DNA of 64,000 bases from Syntrophales bacterium (GCA_963668175.1 OY764159.1:4416001-4480000); one strand, 5' to 3'; shown: positions 47,714 to 58,396, counted from the first letter of the stretch. Notes: generated by a model not told the origin, from the letters alone. Made by a program: numbers and translations.

Positions 47714-48960
47714 AAACCCCCTCCTGTTTCCGCATAGCGCTTGAAGACGACGGATGCATAGGTCCCGCCGAAGGAAACGCCGTTAAGCAGGGCACAGCGG
47801 ATCTCGGCGTCCGAACCTTTCTTTCCCGAAAAGGAGAGCGGCCAGGCGGGATGTTCGAGCCCCACGGTAGGGGGCAATTTTCCCTCCTTCATAGCCAGGG
47901 CCAGGACGGCGGCATTGATACCTCCCGCGGAGAAGGATTCCCCCACGCTTCCCTTGATGGAGAAAATGTGCGGTTTTGCCGTGCCGCCGTCAAAAATCGC
48001 CCCGTAGGCTTCCCCCTCCAGACCGTCGGGATTCCGGCCCCCGTTGGCGGAGGCGGCGATGGCGTCGATATCCGCCACACCGACGCCGGCATGAGCGAGC
48101 GCCCGGAAGACGGTCAGTTTCAATCCTTTCGGGTCGGACGGCCAATCCGAAGGCGGAGCCGGCGACGAACCCAGCCCCCATCCCGCCACAAGGCAGTATA
48201 TAGACGCCCCCCGCTCCAGGGCCGCATCCAGGGACTCAAGGCAGACAATCGCGCAGTTTTCGCCGGCGACAGGTCCGTTCCGCTTCGCGTCAAACGGCCG
48301 GGCTGATTCCATCCCGCCATCCCGGGGAGAAAGCGCCCCAAAACGCACAAGGGACTCGAAGAAGAATTCGGAGATAATGTCGCCTCCGCCCGCAAGCATA
48401 ACGTCCGCCGTACCCTTTTGAATTTCCGCCGCGGCGTAGGCAACGGCCGTCTCTCCCGAAACCCCGAAGTGGGTCACCGTCGAATTGACGCCCCGGAACC
48501 CCAGCTCGATGGAGGCATGGCTCGCCGGGGCATTGAGGACCGTATTGGGAACGAGAATCGGGTTGACCAACTCGGGACCGGATTTGATCAATGTCCGGGC
48601 AAACTGGACGGTGACGTCCGTCGGACCGAACGCCGTTCCGAGAATAATGCCCACCCGGTCGCGGTTGGAGGCTTCTATCTTGAGGCCTGCATCTTCCAGG
48701 GCCAGACGGGAGGCGGACGTGGCCGCGGAGGACAGCCTGTCCATCTTGCGCAGATTCTTGACCGAAACAAAATCGCGCGGCGAAAAGTCTCTGATTTCCG
48801 CCCCAAGATGGGAGCGGAAGCGGGACGTGTCAAAAGATGCAATCGGTGCGATGCCCGATTCTCCATCGTAGAGACGGCGCGAGAAGGTCTCTCTTCCGAC
48901 CCCCAAGGGAGATACGATGCCCACGCCGGTAACAACCGCTTGTCTGTTCATCTCAGGCAT
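47710..48960 (-). CDS. Ketosynthase-like chain-length factor (catalytic Cys absent)
   Basis: Full KS fold, but VTHFGVSG replaces TAC.S and ANGG/KGSVGE replace the His motifs. Confidence 0.8.
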   Translation of the reverse strand: MPEMNRQAVVTGVGIVSPLGVGRETFSRRLYDGESGIAPIASFDTSRFRSHLGAEIRDFSPRDFVSVKNLRKMDRLSSAATSASRLALEDAGLKIEASNRDRVGIILGTAFGPTDVTVQFARTLIKSGPELVNPILVPNTVLNAPASHASIELGFRGVNSTVTHFGVSGETAVAYAAAEIQKGTADVMLAGGGDIISEFFFESLVRFGALSPRDGGMESARPFDAKRNGPVAGENCAIVCLESLDAALERGASIYCLVAGWGLGSSPAPPSDWPSDPKGLKLTVFRALAHAGVGVADIDAIAASANGGRNPDGLEGEAYGAIFDGGTAKPHIFSIKGSVGESFSAGGINAAVLALAMKEGKLPPTVGLEHPAWPLSFSGKKGSDAEIRCALLNGVSFGGTYASVVFKRYAETGGGL

Positions 48961-50203
48961 TCGCAATCCCTTTTTCCGTGTACGCGCCGAAAATGAGCGT
49001 CGTGTTGTTTCCCCCGAAGGCAAAGGAATTGGACAGAATGATTGCCGGCGGAGCCATTCGGGCGCCCTCCGTCACATAATCGAGATCGCAGGCGGGATCG
49101 GCATCGCACAGATGGATCGTCGGAGGGATAAAACCGTGATGGATGGCCAGGACAGAAACAACACCCTCCAGGGCGCCGGATGCCCCCAGCGTATGGCCGG
49201 TCATGGATTTGGTGGAGCTGACGGGTATCCTGTATGCCCGCTGGCCGAAGACTTCCTTGATGGCCTTGGTTTCCATGACGTCATTGGCGGGAGTGGCCGT
49301 ACCATGGGCATTGATATAATCGATCATGCCCGGAGCGACGCCTGCATCGGCCATAGCCGCCGTCATGGAACGCACAGCCCCGGAGGCCGCCGTGTCCGGC
49401 GCAGTCATATGATGGGAATCGCATGTAACGCCGTATCCAAGGACTTCTCCATAGATCCGGACTCCCCGGTCAAGGGCATGCTGCATAGATTCCAACACCA
49501 GGATTCCCGCCGCTTCGCCTAATGTCAACCCGCGGCGATTCCGGTCGAAGGGGCGGCAGTATTCGGGATCGACGGCCTGCAGGGCGTTGAAGGCGGCGTA
49601 AGTGATGCCGCATAGCGGTTCCGTTCCGCCGGCGATCACCACCGGCGAAGCGCCCGCCCGGATAAGATCCCGGGCGTAACCGATAGCAGTCGCCCCGGAC
49701 GAGCAGGCGGTCATGAAGGTCGTTTTAGGGCCGAAGATGTCCAGATGCGAGGCGATCCTGTCAGCGGTCGAGGCGCAGTATACGGCTGCCAGGGTCGAGA
49801 ACCGCCCATACCGTCCTTCCGTTTCCAGATATTTTCGATAGAAGGCCTCACCTTCCAGGAGACCGCCGGCTCCGCCGCCGATGACCACCCCCATATTCTC
49901 TTTCATCTTGTCGGAAAGGGGATAAAGATCGGCATCGCGCAGGGCTTCAAGCGTTGCAACAAACGCCAGGCAATCGGCCCGACTCATGCGTTTCAGGGAG
50001 TACTCCGCCGGGATCATATCCCGGGGCAGGAAATGACGTACCTCACCTCCCGTATGGGTCCGGTGGGCCGATGTATCGAAGACCGTTACAGGTCGTATTC
50101 CGCATGCTCCCTGACGCAGCCCGGCGGCAAAATCCGGCGCGTTGGCGGCAACGGCGTTGATCGTTCCCAGCCCTGTTACGACGACCCGTTCCGTATCCTT
50201 CAT
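48953..50203 (-). CDS. Beta-ketoacyl-ACP synthase (FabF-like)
   Basis: TACSSG, HGTAT, KSMTGH, NSFAFGG. Confidence 0.93.
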   Translation of the reverse strand: MKDTERVVVTGLGTINAVAANAPDFAAGLRQGACGIRPVTVFDTSAHRTHTGGEVRHFLPRDMIPAEYSLKRMSRADCLAFVATLEALRDADLYPLSDKMKENMGVVIGGGAGGLLEGEAFYRKYLETEGRYGRFSTLAAVYCASTADRIASHLDIFGPKTTFMTACSSGATAIGYARDLIRAGASPVVIAGGTEPLCGITYAAFNALQAVDPEYCRPFDRNRRGLTLGEAAGILVLESMQHALDRGVRIYGEVLGYGVTCDSHHMTAPDTAASGAVRSMTAAMADAGVAPGMIDYINAHGTATPANDVMETKAIKEVFGQRAYRIPVSSTKSMTGHTLGASGALEGVVSVLAIHHGFIPPTIHLCDADPACDLDYVTEGARMAPPAIILSNSFAFGGNNTTLIFGAYTEKGIANA

Positions 50204-50204
50204 A

Positions 50205-51566
50205 TCACCTGAATATCCTCTCCACGGCTTCGCGGTCGATTTTGCCGGCCGCGGTAACGGGTATCCCATCCGCGATCTTGATACGCTTCGGAATGGCGTG
50301 CGGTTCCAGCATCGCCGCCAGGGCCCGTCGGATCTGGACTTCCGTAAGCGGGGAGACGACGACTGCGGCAATATCGTTCTGACGGCCGTGCGGGGAGGGA
50401 AATGAAATGACGAAGGCGTCGGAAACACCTGAAATCTGTTTCAGTTTGCTTTCAATTTCCTTGAGGTCCACCCTCTTCCCGCCGATCTTCACAATGCCGT
50501 CAACCCGGCCGACAAGAATAAATTGCTCGTGGCCGTTATACGACGCCCTGTCGCCGGTAATGAAGTAACCGTTTCCGTCCTTGTCCAGTTCCGACGAAAT
50601 GAAATCAGAGCGCACCAGAAGCCTTTCCTCTTCGATCTTCCACAGTACATTCTCAAAAGGCTTCCAGGATGTCTGCCCTTCGGCGCGGCAGCGGGTTGCT
50701 ATGCCGCCTGTTTCCGTGGAGCCGTAGATCTCGTGAATGCCGAGACCCGTTCTTTGATAAAAGGAAGAGGCATCCGGTTCTTCAAGCATACCGGCCGACG
50801 AAAAGGCGAGTCTCAAAGAATGCCCCCCCATATCGTCCATTTTCAGGACGCGGTAATGAACCGGAACGCTGATCAGCACCGTAGCCGCGTGGCGTGTGAC
50901 GGCAGACCAGATTTCGCGTGGGAACACATAGGTCCCCGGCAGAACCTTGGCGCCCGATATCAGAGGCAGCAGGATTGAAAACAAAAAACCGTAAATATGT
51001 TGAGGAGGTACGGTAGAAAGGAAGATATCTTCTTTTTGAACAGCGAAGGCACGGGCAAGATACGCGGCTTCTGCCAGTATATTGCGCGGCGTTTTGGACC
51101 ACATCCTCGACCGGCCCGTGGATCCGCCGGTGAAGAGCATGAGAAAAGGTTCGTCCAAATCGCACGCCTGAAACGGGCCGCATGGATATCCGGTAAGGCC
51201 GTATTTCGGATTGATGATCTCCATGCCTTGCGGGGCATCCATTTCCCGATCCGTCAGAATCCGCCGGAAAGGACATATATGATTTATTTCAGTCAAGGTT
51301 TGCTCGGAAAGGGCATGGGGAAGAATGAGGCGGGGCCCACCGCCTAAAGCGGCTATCACCGCGGCGGCAATCAGGGTTTTATTATCGGTATAAAGGCAGA
51401 CGGCATCCCTTATCCCGCCGGACATGGAGAGACGGGATATGATTGTTGCGGCCAAATCGTAAACCTCGCCGTGAGTCGATTCGGCAGGAACGAATGTATC
51501 TGTCCGATGGAACGGGCCTGCCATGATATCGCCGTAAAGTGCAGACAGATTAGTGTTTGTTTTCAT
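50205..51566 (-). CDS. AMP-dependent acyl/aryl-ACP (or CoA) ligase, aryl-polyene-cluster type
   Basis: FTGGSTG, TVPPQHIYGF, EIYGSTETGG, TGD, GR.D..KIGGKR, GK. Confidence 0.85.
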   Translation of the reverse strand: MKTNTNLSALYGDIMAGPFHRTDTFVPAESTHGEVYDLAATIISRLSMSGGIRDAVCLYTDNKTLIAAAVIAALGGGPRLILPHALSEQTLTEINHICPFRRILTDREMDAPQGMEIINPKYGLTGYPCGPFQACDLDEPFLMLFTGGSTGRSRMWSKTPRNILAEAAYLARAFAVQKEDIFLSTVPPQHIYGFLFSILLPLISGAKVLPGTYVFPREIWSAVTRHAATVLISVPVHYRVLKMDDMGGHSLRLAFSSAGMLEEPDASSFYQRTGLGIHEIYGSTETGGIATRCRAEGQTSWKPFENVLWKIEEERLLVRSDFISSELDKDGNGYFITGDRASYNGHEQFILVGRVDGIVKIGGKRVDLKEIESKLKQISGVSDAFVISFPSPHGRQNDIAAVVVSPLTEVQIRRALAAMLEPHAIPKRIKIADGIPVTAAGKIDREAVERIFR

Positions 51567-51608
51567 TTTATAATGAATGATCCGGTCTTGTTCGTAATAT
51601 TGAGGCGC

Positions 51609-51636
51609 ATTCTATACAAACGCAATAATTAGTCAA
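51609..51636 (-). promoter_or_regulatory. Putative sigma70 promoter for the ligase-KS-CLF operon
   Basis: Minus strand TTGACT-N16-TAGAAT, about 40 bp upstream of the start. Confidence 0.5.
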
Positions 51637-51928
51637 TCGAATAAACAATCTCGTCATACATTTATAGGCCCTTGCCAACCCGCGGCGGATTTGCAACCGC
51701 CAATCCATCCAAACCGTAACAAGCCGTTTTCACAATATATTATATATCATAGCAGGCCGCACCCTCTTTCAGTTTTTGTCCGATATTCCGGACCGATTCC
51801 AGTCCCTACGGACGCCGCGGGTGCCGTTCATCTGTTATGCAATCTTGATAATGTCAACATATCAATACGATACAAAAATGAATATTTTGGCACACATCGT
51901 GATAAGATTAATCACCGGAGGCCTTACG

Positions 51929-52129
51929 ATGTCGATCATACTGTTCTATACCCCAATATTGAATGGCGACGAATTGCAGCTTCTGGGCATGGTGAGACGC
52001 AATACCGATACTTCCGCGCGTTCAAGAAAACCTCTGACTTACAAGTCGAACGCTCAAGCGCTCGACCACGACATCGATGTCGTGGTCGTGAGAGAAAATC
52101 ACCATAAGGTAGAAGATGCTGTCAATTAA
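51929..52129 (+). CDS. Small hypothetical protein (66 aa)
   Basis: GGAGG 7 nt before ATG; located in an otherwise empty intergenic region. Confidence 0.45.
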   Translation: MSIILFYTPILNGDELQLLGMVRRNTDTSARSRKPLTYKSNAQALDHDIDVVVVRENHHKVEDAVN

Positions 52130-52682
52130 TCACAATGAGATGCTGCCGCCAAGACGTTCATTGTCCTGCAGACCAACGGGACGGCCTTGTCCGCGGCAAC
52201 CCAACAGGGGATCGCGGTCTCTTTCTATGGCTCCGGTCGTATTCCATTCTATACCGGACAACGCCATCCCCCCAAAACCATCAGACAAACACTGATAGAA
52301 TACAAAGATATGCGCTGAGGGCAAAGCCATCCCATGTCTCAAATATTTTTCAGACAGATGCGGATTGCAGGAGAAAGGATTTAGGCTTAAGTTAGCACCG
52401 AAAGAGAGAAGAAATACAACAAGAGAAAAAACCATGATGACCGGAATAAGCAGTGTCATGACGAGCCGAGAGAAAGAGGAATTTAACCCGCAAAAATACT
52501 TGCTGGGGCGAATGATCAAGCGGCCGTCGCAACGTCCGGGTCAACAGGAAACAAAGAAGTCTTATCTGTAAGAGGGAATTCATTTTTAACGATACTGGCA
52601 GATATTCAGGAAGAGGTCATAAGGAACAAGCCCACATGAATTTCTGCTTATAGTAACACAAGTCACCACACCACCACTGGAC

Positions 52683-52732
52683 GAAGCCCCCTGCTTTTCT
52701 GTTGTCCTCCAGGCAGGGGGCTTCCTCTTTTT
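52683..52732 (+). terminator. Intrinsic terminator (+ strand)
   Basis: 12-bp stem GAAGCCCCCTGC/GCAGGGGGCTTC followed by CTCTTTTT. Confidence 0.75.
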
Positions 52733-52898
52733 AAAAACACGCTTCTCGGAACATCATCACATCACATTCATTTATCCGGCGGGAACATCAAGATACGCAA
52801 GGACAGGCACGGTCACTGAGTTGCTGAAATTACTCCGCAATCAGCCTCCGAGAAAGATGCGTTTCGCGACGAGGCCGGCACCGCGGGCATGTATGTGT

Positions 52899-53543
52899 CT
52901 ATCCCAGGATTTTATTCTGGACTGCGTATAAAGTAATTTCCGCGTTGTTTTTCATTTTCATTTTGTCCAGAATATGGGCTCGGTAGGTACTGATGGTCTT
53001 TACACTCAGATTGAGTTCTTCGGCAATCTCCGACACGGTCCGGCCTGACGCGATCAACATCATGACCTGATACTCGCGATCGGAAAGCGTTTCATGGGGA
53101 GGTCGGCTGATATCGATGTCCAGATAATTGGCCAGTTTTTCAGCAAGGGAAGCACTGATGTAACGCCCGCCCTCCGACAATTTCCTGATAGCGGAAATCA
53201 GCTCGTTGGGTGCGCTGGCCTTGGTCATATATCCGGATGCGCCGGCCCGCAAAGCCCTGATGGCATATTGTTCTTCCGGATAGATGCTCAGAATGAGAAC
53301 AGGGAGTTTGGGACAGTCGGCTTTCAGTTCCTTCAATATCTCCAGCCCGCTGCGGCCAGGCATCGAGATGTCCAGAAGAACCACGTCATATTCCTTTTTC
53401 CTGATGAACGCCAATACTTCCTGCCCGTTTCCCGCCTCGTCGGCGACAACCATGTCCGGTGTTTCCGAAAGCACCTGTTTGAAACCGGCCCGGACAATCG
53501 GATGATCGTCAGCGATAAGAATTCTGATCTTTTTGGCTGTCAT
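52899..53543 (-). CDS. NarL/UvrY-family response regulator (REC + LuxR HTH)
   Basis: ADDH, LDISMP (phospho-Asp), GYMTK, LSDRE...LSVKTISTYR. Confidence 0.95.
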   Translation of the reverse strand: MTAKKIRILIADDHPIVRAGFKQVLSETPDMVVADEAGNGQEVLAFIRKKEYDVVLLDISMPGRSGLEILKELKADCPKLPVLILSIYPEEQYAIRALRAGASGYMTKASAPNELISAIRKLSEGGRYISASLAEKLANYLDIDISRPPHETLSDREYQVMMLIASGRTVSEIAEELNLSVKTISTYRAHILDKMKMKNNAEITLYAVQNKILG

Positions 53544-55804
53544 TGCATCCTCTCCGCATTCCTCAGCGGCAGATGAACCGTCACGGTGGTTCCCTTCCCG
53601 CTTTTCCCGGTGATTTTTACATCCCCTCCCCAGTGGTGGACCCGTTCCTTGATCCCGAGAAGACCGAAAGAATCGGGCTTTGCCAGCTGCTCCTCCGTAA
53701 TCCCCTTGCCATTGTCCTTAACCACAAGCTCCAGGTTATCGCCCGTTGCCTTTAACTTGACGGATATTTTCGTCGCCTCGGCATGGCGAAGGATATTGGT
53801 CAATGCTTCCTGAAAGATCCTGAAAACAGTCGTCGAAAGATCGGGATCGAGAGCGATATCCTCAGGATCGAGTATCACTTTACAGGGAATCCCCGTCCTT
53901 TTCTGAAATTCTTCCGCCTGCCATCCGATAGCGACCGTCAGTCCCAAATGGTCGAGCATGCCCGGACGCAGAGCCATGTATATTCTCTTTAAGGTCTGCA
54001 TGGTCATGTCGACGAGGGACGACATGCTCTCCGTTCTTTCCTTAAGGGCGACCATCTCACCCGGTATCTTCCGGTTTAAAAGGACGATTTCCGTATTCAA
54101 CGCCGTCAGCAATTGTCCCAGTTCATCATGGAGCTCCCGGGCAATGCGGGTCCTCTCCTTTTCCCGGACGGATTGAAGATGGGCGGAAAGTTTTCTCAGT
54201 TGTTCCCGTGACTGTTCGAGTTCATTCTTGGCCCGTTTGCCTTCGGTGATATCCTCGTACGTGATGACAACCCGTCTCTCCTGAAGACGCTCACCGATCC
54301 TGGAGACGCTGATGAGACATTCGATATCAATCCCGTCCTTCCGGCGGCAGGGAAATTCCGTGCTGACAATAGGTTGACGCTCAAGAATGGCATAGATCAA
54401 ATCGGCGATCCGTTCGTAGTCCTCGTCCGTTTTATAGAGTATGCGGGTACTTTTGCCGATCAACTCTTTTGCCCTCCACCCGAAGACGGCTTTGACGCCG
54501 TCGTTGGCGAAGATAATGCGTCGATCCTGCAGGCCGATAACGGCATGGGGAATAGCCTCCAGAATGGACGCTTCCAGGGCCTCCAGCTCCGCCAATTTGT
54601 TGCGTGCCTGAATCTGCTCGGTGATGTCCATCGAGTTGCCCAGAACGGCCCGCTCTCCCCTGTAAGGAATGAGCGTCACCGTTTCCATAATCCATCTCAC
54701 TTCCCCTTTTTTTGTAATGATCCTGAATTCATGGGGCGAGGTGCGTTCGCCCCGCAGCATCTTCTTGGAATTGGTCTTCACCATTTGCCGGTCGCCGGGA
54801 TGAACGAGACTCATGGAATTCATGCCTACCAACTCTTTCGGGCTGAAATCGGCATACTTGGCGGCATGGTGATTGACGAACTGGAACATACCGTTCTGGA
54901 CGACATAAACGCCTGCCTGGGAGCTGTTGGCCATGGTCTCATAGGCCTCTTCAACCCGTTTGCGTTCCGTGATGTCCTCGTAAGTAATAACCGTACTTTT
55001 ATTCTTGAGGGTCTCGCCAATGCGGGACGCCGTCACCTTGCAAACGATATCGCGACCATCCTTGCGGCGGCAGGGGAATTCCGTCGCAAATGTCTTGTGC
55101 CGTTCGAGCGTGGAGTATAAATTCCGCGCGATCTCCTCGTAGCCTTCATCCGTTTGGTACAGGATCCTGGATTTCCTGCCTATCAGCTCATCCGCCCGCC
55201 ATCCGAAAACATTATGGACACCGTCATTGGCAAAGATAATCTGCCGGTCCCGGAAACCGATCACCGCATGGGGAATGGCCTCCAGGATAGAGGCTTCCAA
55301 GGCTTCCAGTTCAGCCAGTTTGTCCCGCGTCTTGATCTGCTCCGTGATATCCATGGAGTTCCCAAGAACGGCCCTGGCTCCCTTATAGTGGATGGACGTG
55401 ATGGTCTCCGTTATCCATCTCACCTCGCCATTTTTGGCAATCGTCCTGAATTCGTAAGAAGAGGTTCTCTCGCCCTTAAGCATCTTGATGGCGGCATCCC
55501 GCATCCGCTCCCGGTCATCGGGATGAACGATGCTCATGGACTCCATGCCGATCAGCTCGTCTTTGCTGTAGCCCCAGTAGTTGGTGGTGTGTTGATTGAC
55601 AAAACGGAATTTCCCGTCCTGCACGACATAGATGCCGGCCTGGGAACTGTTTTCAAGGGTCCGGTAAAGGCCTTCCTCGATGATCAGGTCGGTGGCCCGC
55701 GCATTACTCGAAACGTCGAGCTGACCGCGCAATTCGGCCAATTCCCGAAGCAAATCTTTCTTGGTTTTCTTTGTATTTTTAACTGTCGGGGTCATGGGTT
55801 TCAC
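53540..55804 (-). CDS. Cytoplasmic 4xPAS sensor histidine kinase (HisKA_3)
   Basis: RIARELHDELGQ, FQEALTNILRHA, DNGKG, GLLGIKER; four PAS/PAC domains and no TM. Confidence 0.93.
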   Translation of the reverse strand: MKPMTPTVKNTKKTKKDLLRELAELRGQLDVSSNARATDLIIEEGLYRTLENSSQAGIYVVQDGKFRFVNQHTTNYWGYSKDELIGMESMSIVHPDDRERMRDAAIKMLKGERTSSYEFRTIAKNGEVRWITETITSIHYKGARAVLGNSMDITEQIKTRDKLAELEALEASILEAIPHAVIGFRDRQIIFANDGVHNVFGWRADELIGRKSRILYQTDEGYEEIARNLYSTLERHKTFATEFPCRRKDGRDIVCKVTASRIGETLKNKSTVITYEDITERKRVEEAYETMANSSQAGVYVVQNGMFQFVNHHAAKYADFSPKELVGMNSMSLVHPGDRQMVKTNSKKMLRGERTSPHEFRIITKKGEVRWIMETVTLIPYRGERAVLGNSMDITEQIQARNKLAELEALEASILEAIPHAVIGLQDRRIIFANDGVKAVFGWRAKELIGKSTRILYKTDEDYERIADLIYAILERQPIVSTEFPCRRKDGIDIECLISVSRIGERLQERRVVITYEDITEGKRAKNELEQSREQLRKLSAHLQSVREKERTRIARELHDELGQLLTALNTEIVLLNRKIPGEMVALKERTESMSSLVDMTMQTLKRIYMALRPGMLDHLGLTVAIGWQAEEFQKRTGIPCKVILDPEDIALDPDLSTTVFRIFQEALTNILRHAEATKISVKLKATGDNLELVVKDNGKGITEEQLAKPDSFGLLGIKERVHHWGGDVKITGKSGKGTTVTVHLPLRNAERMQ
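54235..55666 (-). repeat. Internal tandem duplication of a two-PAS unit (period 723 bp)
   Basis: NSSQAG[IV]YVVQ, RAVLGNSMDITEQI, LAELEALEASILEAIPHAVIG, EFPCRRKDG and ITYEDITE each occur twice, 241 aa apart. Confidence 0.85.
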
Positions 55805-56182
55805 AGGATCAGAATAACGTATTCATCGGGTGAAATATAGGGAAAAGGAATCATAAAGTCAATGAGAAAGCAGCAGCATAAAGCATCTCACATGGTGCCG
55901 TTCCAAAATATTGCAGAAACGTATGTCATATGGATGGCATGCGTTATTGTCATATTTTTGACGTCATCGCAGCCTGAAAAGCATTTTCCAATAGATTCGA
56001 GGCCCTCAAAGGATTCCTTTCTTAATGTGGGAGGATACGGCATGAAGAAGTTCAAACCCGCGCTGTGAGACGCTTTCGGGCATACAGACCCTGAAGCTCT
56101 ACGGTCATATTAGATCCTGTGGCATATTGATTGCTTAGACGGAATGATAAACGAATCCTACTGTTATTTATCGGGGGGGAAC

Positions 56183-57505
56183 ATGGCAATCAGCGATCTT
56201 ACAATCAATCAGGCGATACCCGGCAGTCTCACGTCCCATCAGCCTTCACCGGATGTGGCGGACCACAACCATCAGCGCTCGACGACAAGGAATGCAAAAG
56301 CGCTGAAGGGTCTCTCCAACAGGATAGGTGTCGCAGACCTTATAGACGATACGCAGGATCCGCCCTCATTCATCCCTGTCAGGAGTATCGGTAAATCGCA
56401 GGCTCTCGCCGACTTCATTCGTGTATTCGGAGAATTCGAAGATATGCACATTCGTCTGCACACCAGACTGAACGCATTGCCGGTGAACATGGAAGGTCTG
56501 CGGAGGATATTGGATTCGGAAATGGCTGTCTATGACCCGTGGGTGGTTGACGTCTCCGACAGATTGGGAGAGATAACGGCCGACGCTGCGAACGAACAAA
56601 GGCAGGCATACATGCAGTATATCCGGCAGAGCCGTTACTTCAAGATCGTTCAGGAAGCGCCCTTCTACTGGCGGATCATGAACAAACCGAACGGTTACCC
56701 GGGCGATGCGCACATGATGCACTACATTTATCGGAATCAGTACGAAGGTCCGACAACTTTCGGTATGTTTCTCCATAAACATGCCTGCTCAACCAAGGCC
56801 TGCGTGGCAGTGCGGAACCGACGGCAGTTCCTGTCCCAGCACATTCAAAAAACCGGCGGTGGAAAGATCATGAGCCTGGCGGCAGGACCGGCCGAGGAGA
56901 TCAAGGATGTCCTCAGTCACAACGAAGGACGAAACAACTATGAGTTCCTCGCCCTGGATCATGACATGGATACCCTTCAGCAATTCAAGAACGGCAGTCA
57001 CCAGTTGCAATTCAAGTATGCCCTGGCCAATGCCTTCCAGATCATCGCGGGGAATTATGTGACGGCAAAGCCGCGAGACATATTCCACAAATACTGCTCC
57101 CCCGCCCATGATTTCAGAGGCTACTGGCGTCTGCTTATGAGCTATGTGAAATATGAATTGAAGCGCCTGGAAAAGGAAAGCTTCGACCTGGTTTATACGG
57201 CGGGACTTTACGATTATATCAAGAATTTCCCTCTGGACGACGAAAAAGGGACCGTCGCCCTGACCAGGAACCTCTTCAGCCTCGTGAAGCCGGGAGGCTC
57301 ACTGATCATCGGTAATTTCAACCACAACAATCCCCGTCACCTCAGGTTCGCCATGGACTACATCTTCGACTGGCCGCTCATATATCGGGACAAAGAGGAG
57401 ATGCTGGCCTTTGCCAAATCGATCCCGAAAGACGAGATCGCGAATATCGAGGTCCTGGAAGAGGCTGCCAGCATCAACTACTTCCTGAAAATCGACAAGG
57501 CCTGA
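56183..57505 (+). CDS. Class I SAM-dependent methyltransferase, PhcB-like
   Basis: KPNGYPGD, SLAAGPAEE, LALDHD, FDLVYTAGLYDY, LVKPGGSLIIGNF, DWPLIYR. Confidence 0.7.
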   Translation: MAISDLTINQAIPGSLTSHQPSPDVADHNHQRSTTRNAKALKGLSNRIGVADLIDDTQDPPSFIPVRSIGKSQALADFIRVFGEFEDMHIRLHTRLNALPVNMEGLRRILDSEMAVYDPWVVDVSDRLGEITADAANEQRQAYMQYIRQSRYFKIVQEAPFYWRIMNKPNGYPGDAHMMHYIYRNQYEGPTTFGMFLHKHACSTKACVAVRNRRQFLSQHIQKTGGGKIMSLAAGPAEEIKDVLSHNEGRNNYEFLALDHDMDTLQQFKNGSHQLQFKYALANAFQIIAGNYVTAKPRDIFHKYCSPAHDFRGYWRLLMSYVKYELKRLEKESFDLVYTAGLYDYIKNFPLDDEKGTVALTRNLFSLVKPGGSLIIGNFNHNNPRHLRFAMDYIFDWPLIYRDKEEMLAFAKSIPKDEIANIEVLEEAASINYFLKIDKA

Positions 57506-57823
57506 TCCGGAAAACCTATAGAAGAGTGTTTCATTGAGGAGGGTGCCACATTGACGCCGGACCGTTACGAACGGCCCGGCGTCCTCATCTCTGCGCTTCC
57601 GAACAGGATTTGCCATGGTTTATCGGCCTGCATCACACAGTCGGCCGAGGCCCCCTCTTCTCGTTTCGTCTGTCTCCTCCTCAGATCATTTTTCGAACGT
57701 CATGAACCCGGGAACTCGCCTGGCTCTTTCGCTGCGCAAGAAGCCGTTTTATTTTTCTTGACTTACATTCGTTTTTTCCCTTAATTGCGGTATGAATTTA
57801 CCTGAAAGCGGAACAGCGCAACG

Positions 57824-58273
57824 ATGGAAACAATGATGCAGATCGAGGATATCATCCCCCATCGCGGACGCATGAAACTGGTGGATGAAATCATCGAAGT
57901 CTCGGAAGATACGGCCATTACCGCCTCCTATCCCAACGATCTTTGGCCCCTGGTCAGCGGCCGGTCCCTCAGCGCTCTCATCGCCGTCGAACTGGTCGCC
58001 CAGACGGCAGCCGTCAATATCGGCATGAAGAGGAAGAAGGAGACGGGTGAAGGCCAGGGCAGAGGATGGATCGTCGGCATCAAGAACGCCGAGTTCTACA
58101 TCAGCGATATCGGACTGAACAGCCGTTTGATTACGAAAGCCAGTGTCTTATACAGTCAGGAGGCATACAGCGTCATCGAAGGATCCGTCACTGCCGAAGG
58201 GAAACTGATCGGCACAGTCTCCCTCCAGGTGTTCCGGGAAGAATTCGGCGCTGAAAATCAGGCGAAGCCTTGA
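57824..58273 (+). CDS. Hotdog-fold dehydratase (ApeP-like)
   Basis: IPHRGRMKLVD, ELVAQTAA, GWIVG. Confidence 0.8.
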   Translation: METMMQIEDIIPHRGRMKLVDEIIEVSEDTAITASYPNDLWPLVSGRSLSALIAVELVAQTAAVNIGMKRKKETGEGQGRGWIVGIKNAEFYISDIGLNSRLITKASVLYSQEAYSVIEGSVTAEGKLIGTVSLQVFREEFGAENQAKP

Positions 58274-58396
58274 TCATCGGCCGGGAATGCGCTAGGTTTA
58301 TTCTTTACTAAAAGTCCGATCTTTATGGGATGTCAAAATAATGACATCTTCACGGATTGCTGATACGATAGAAGGCAAAATGAAGGAGACACTGTC

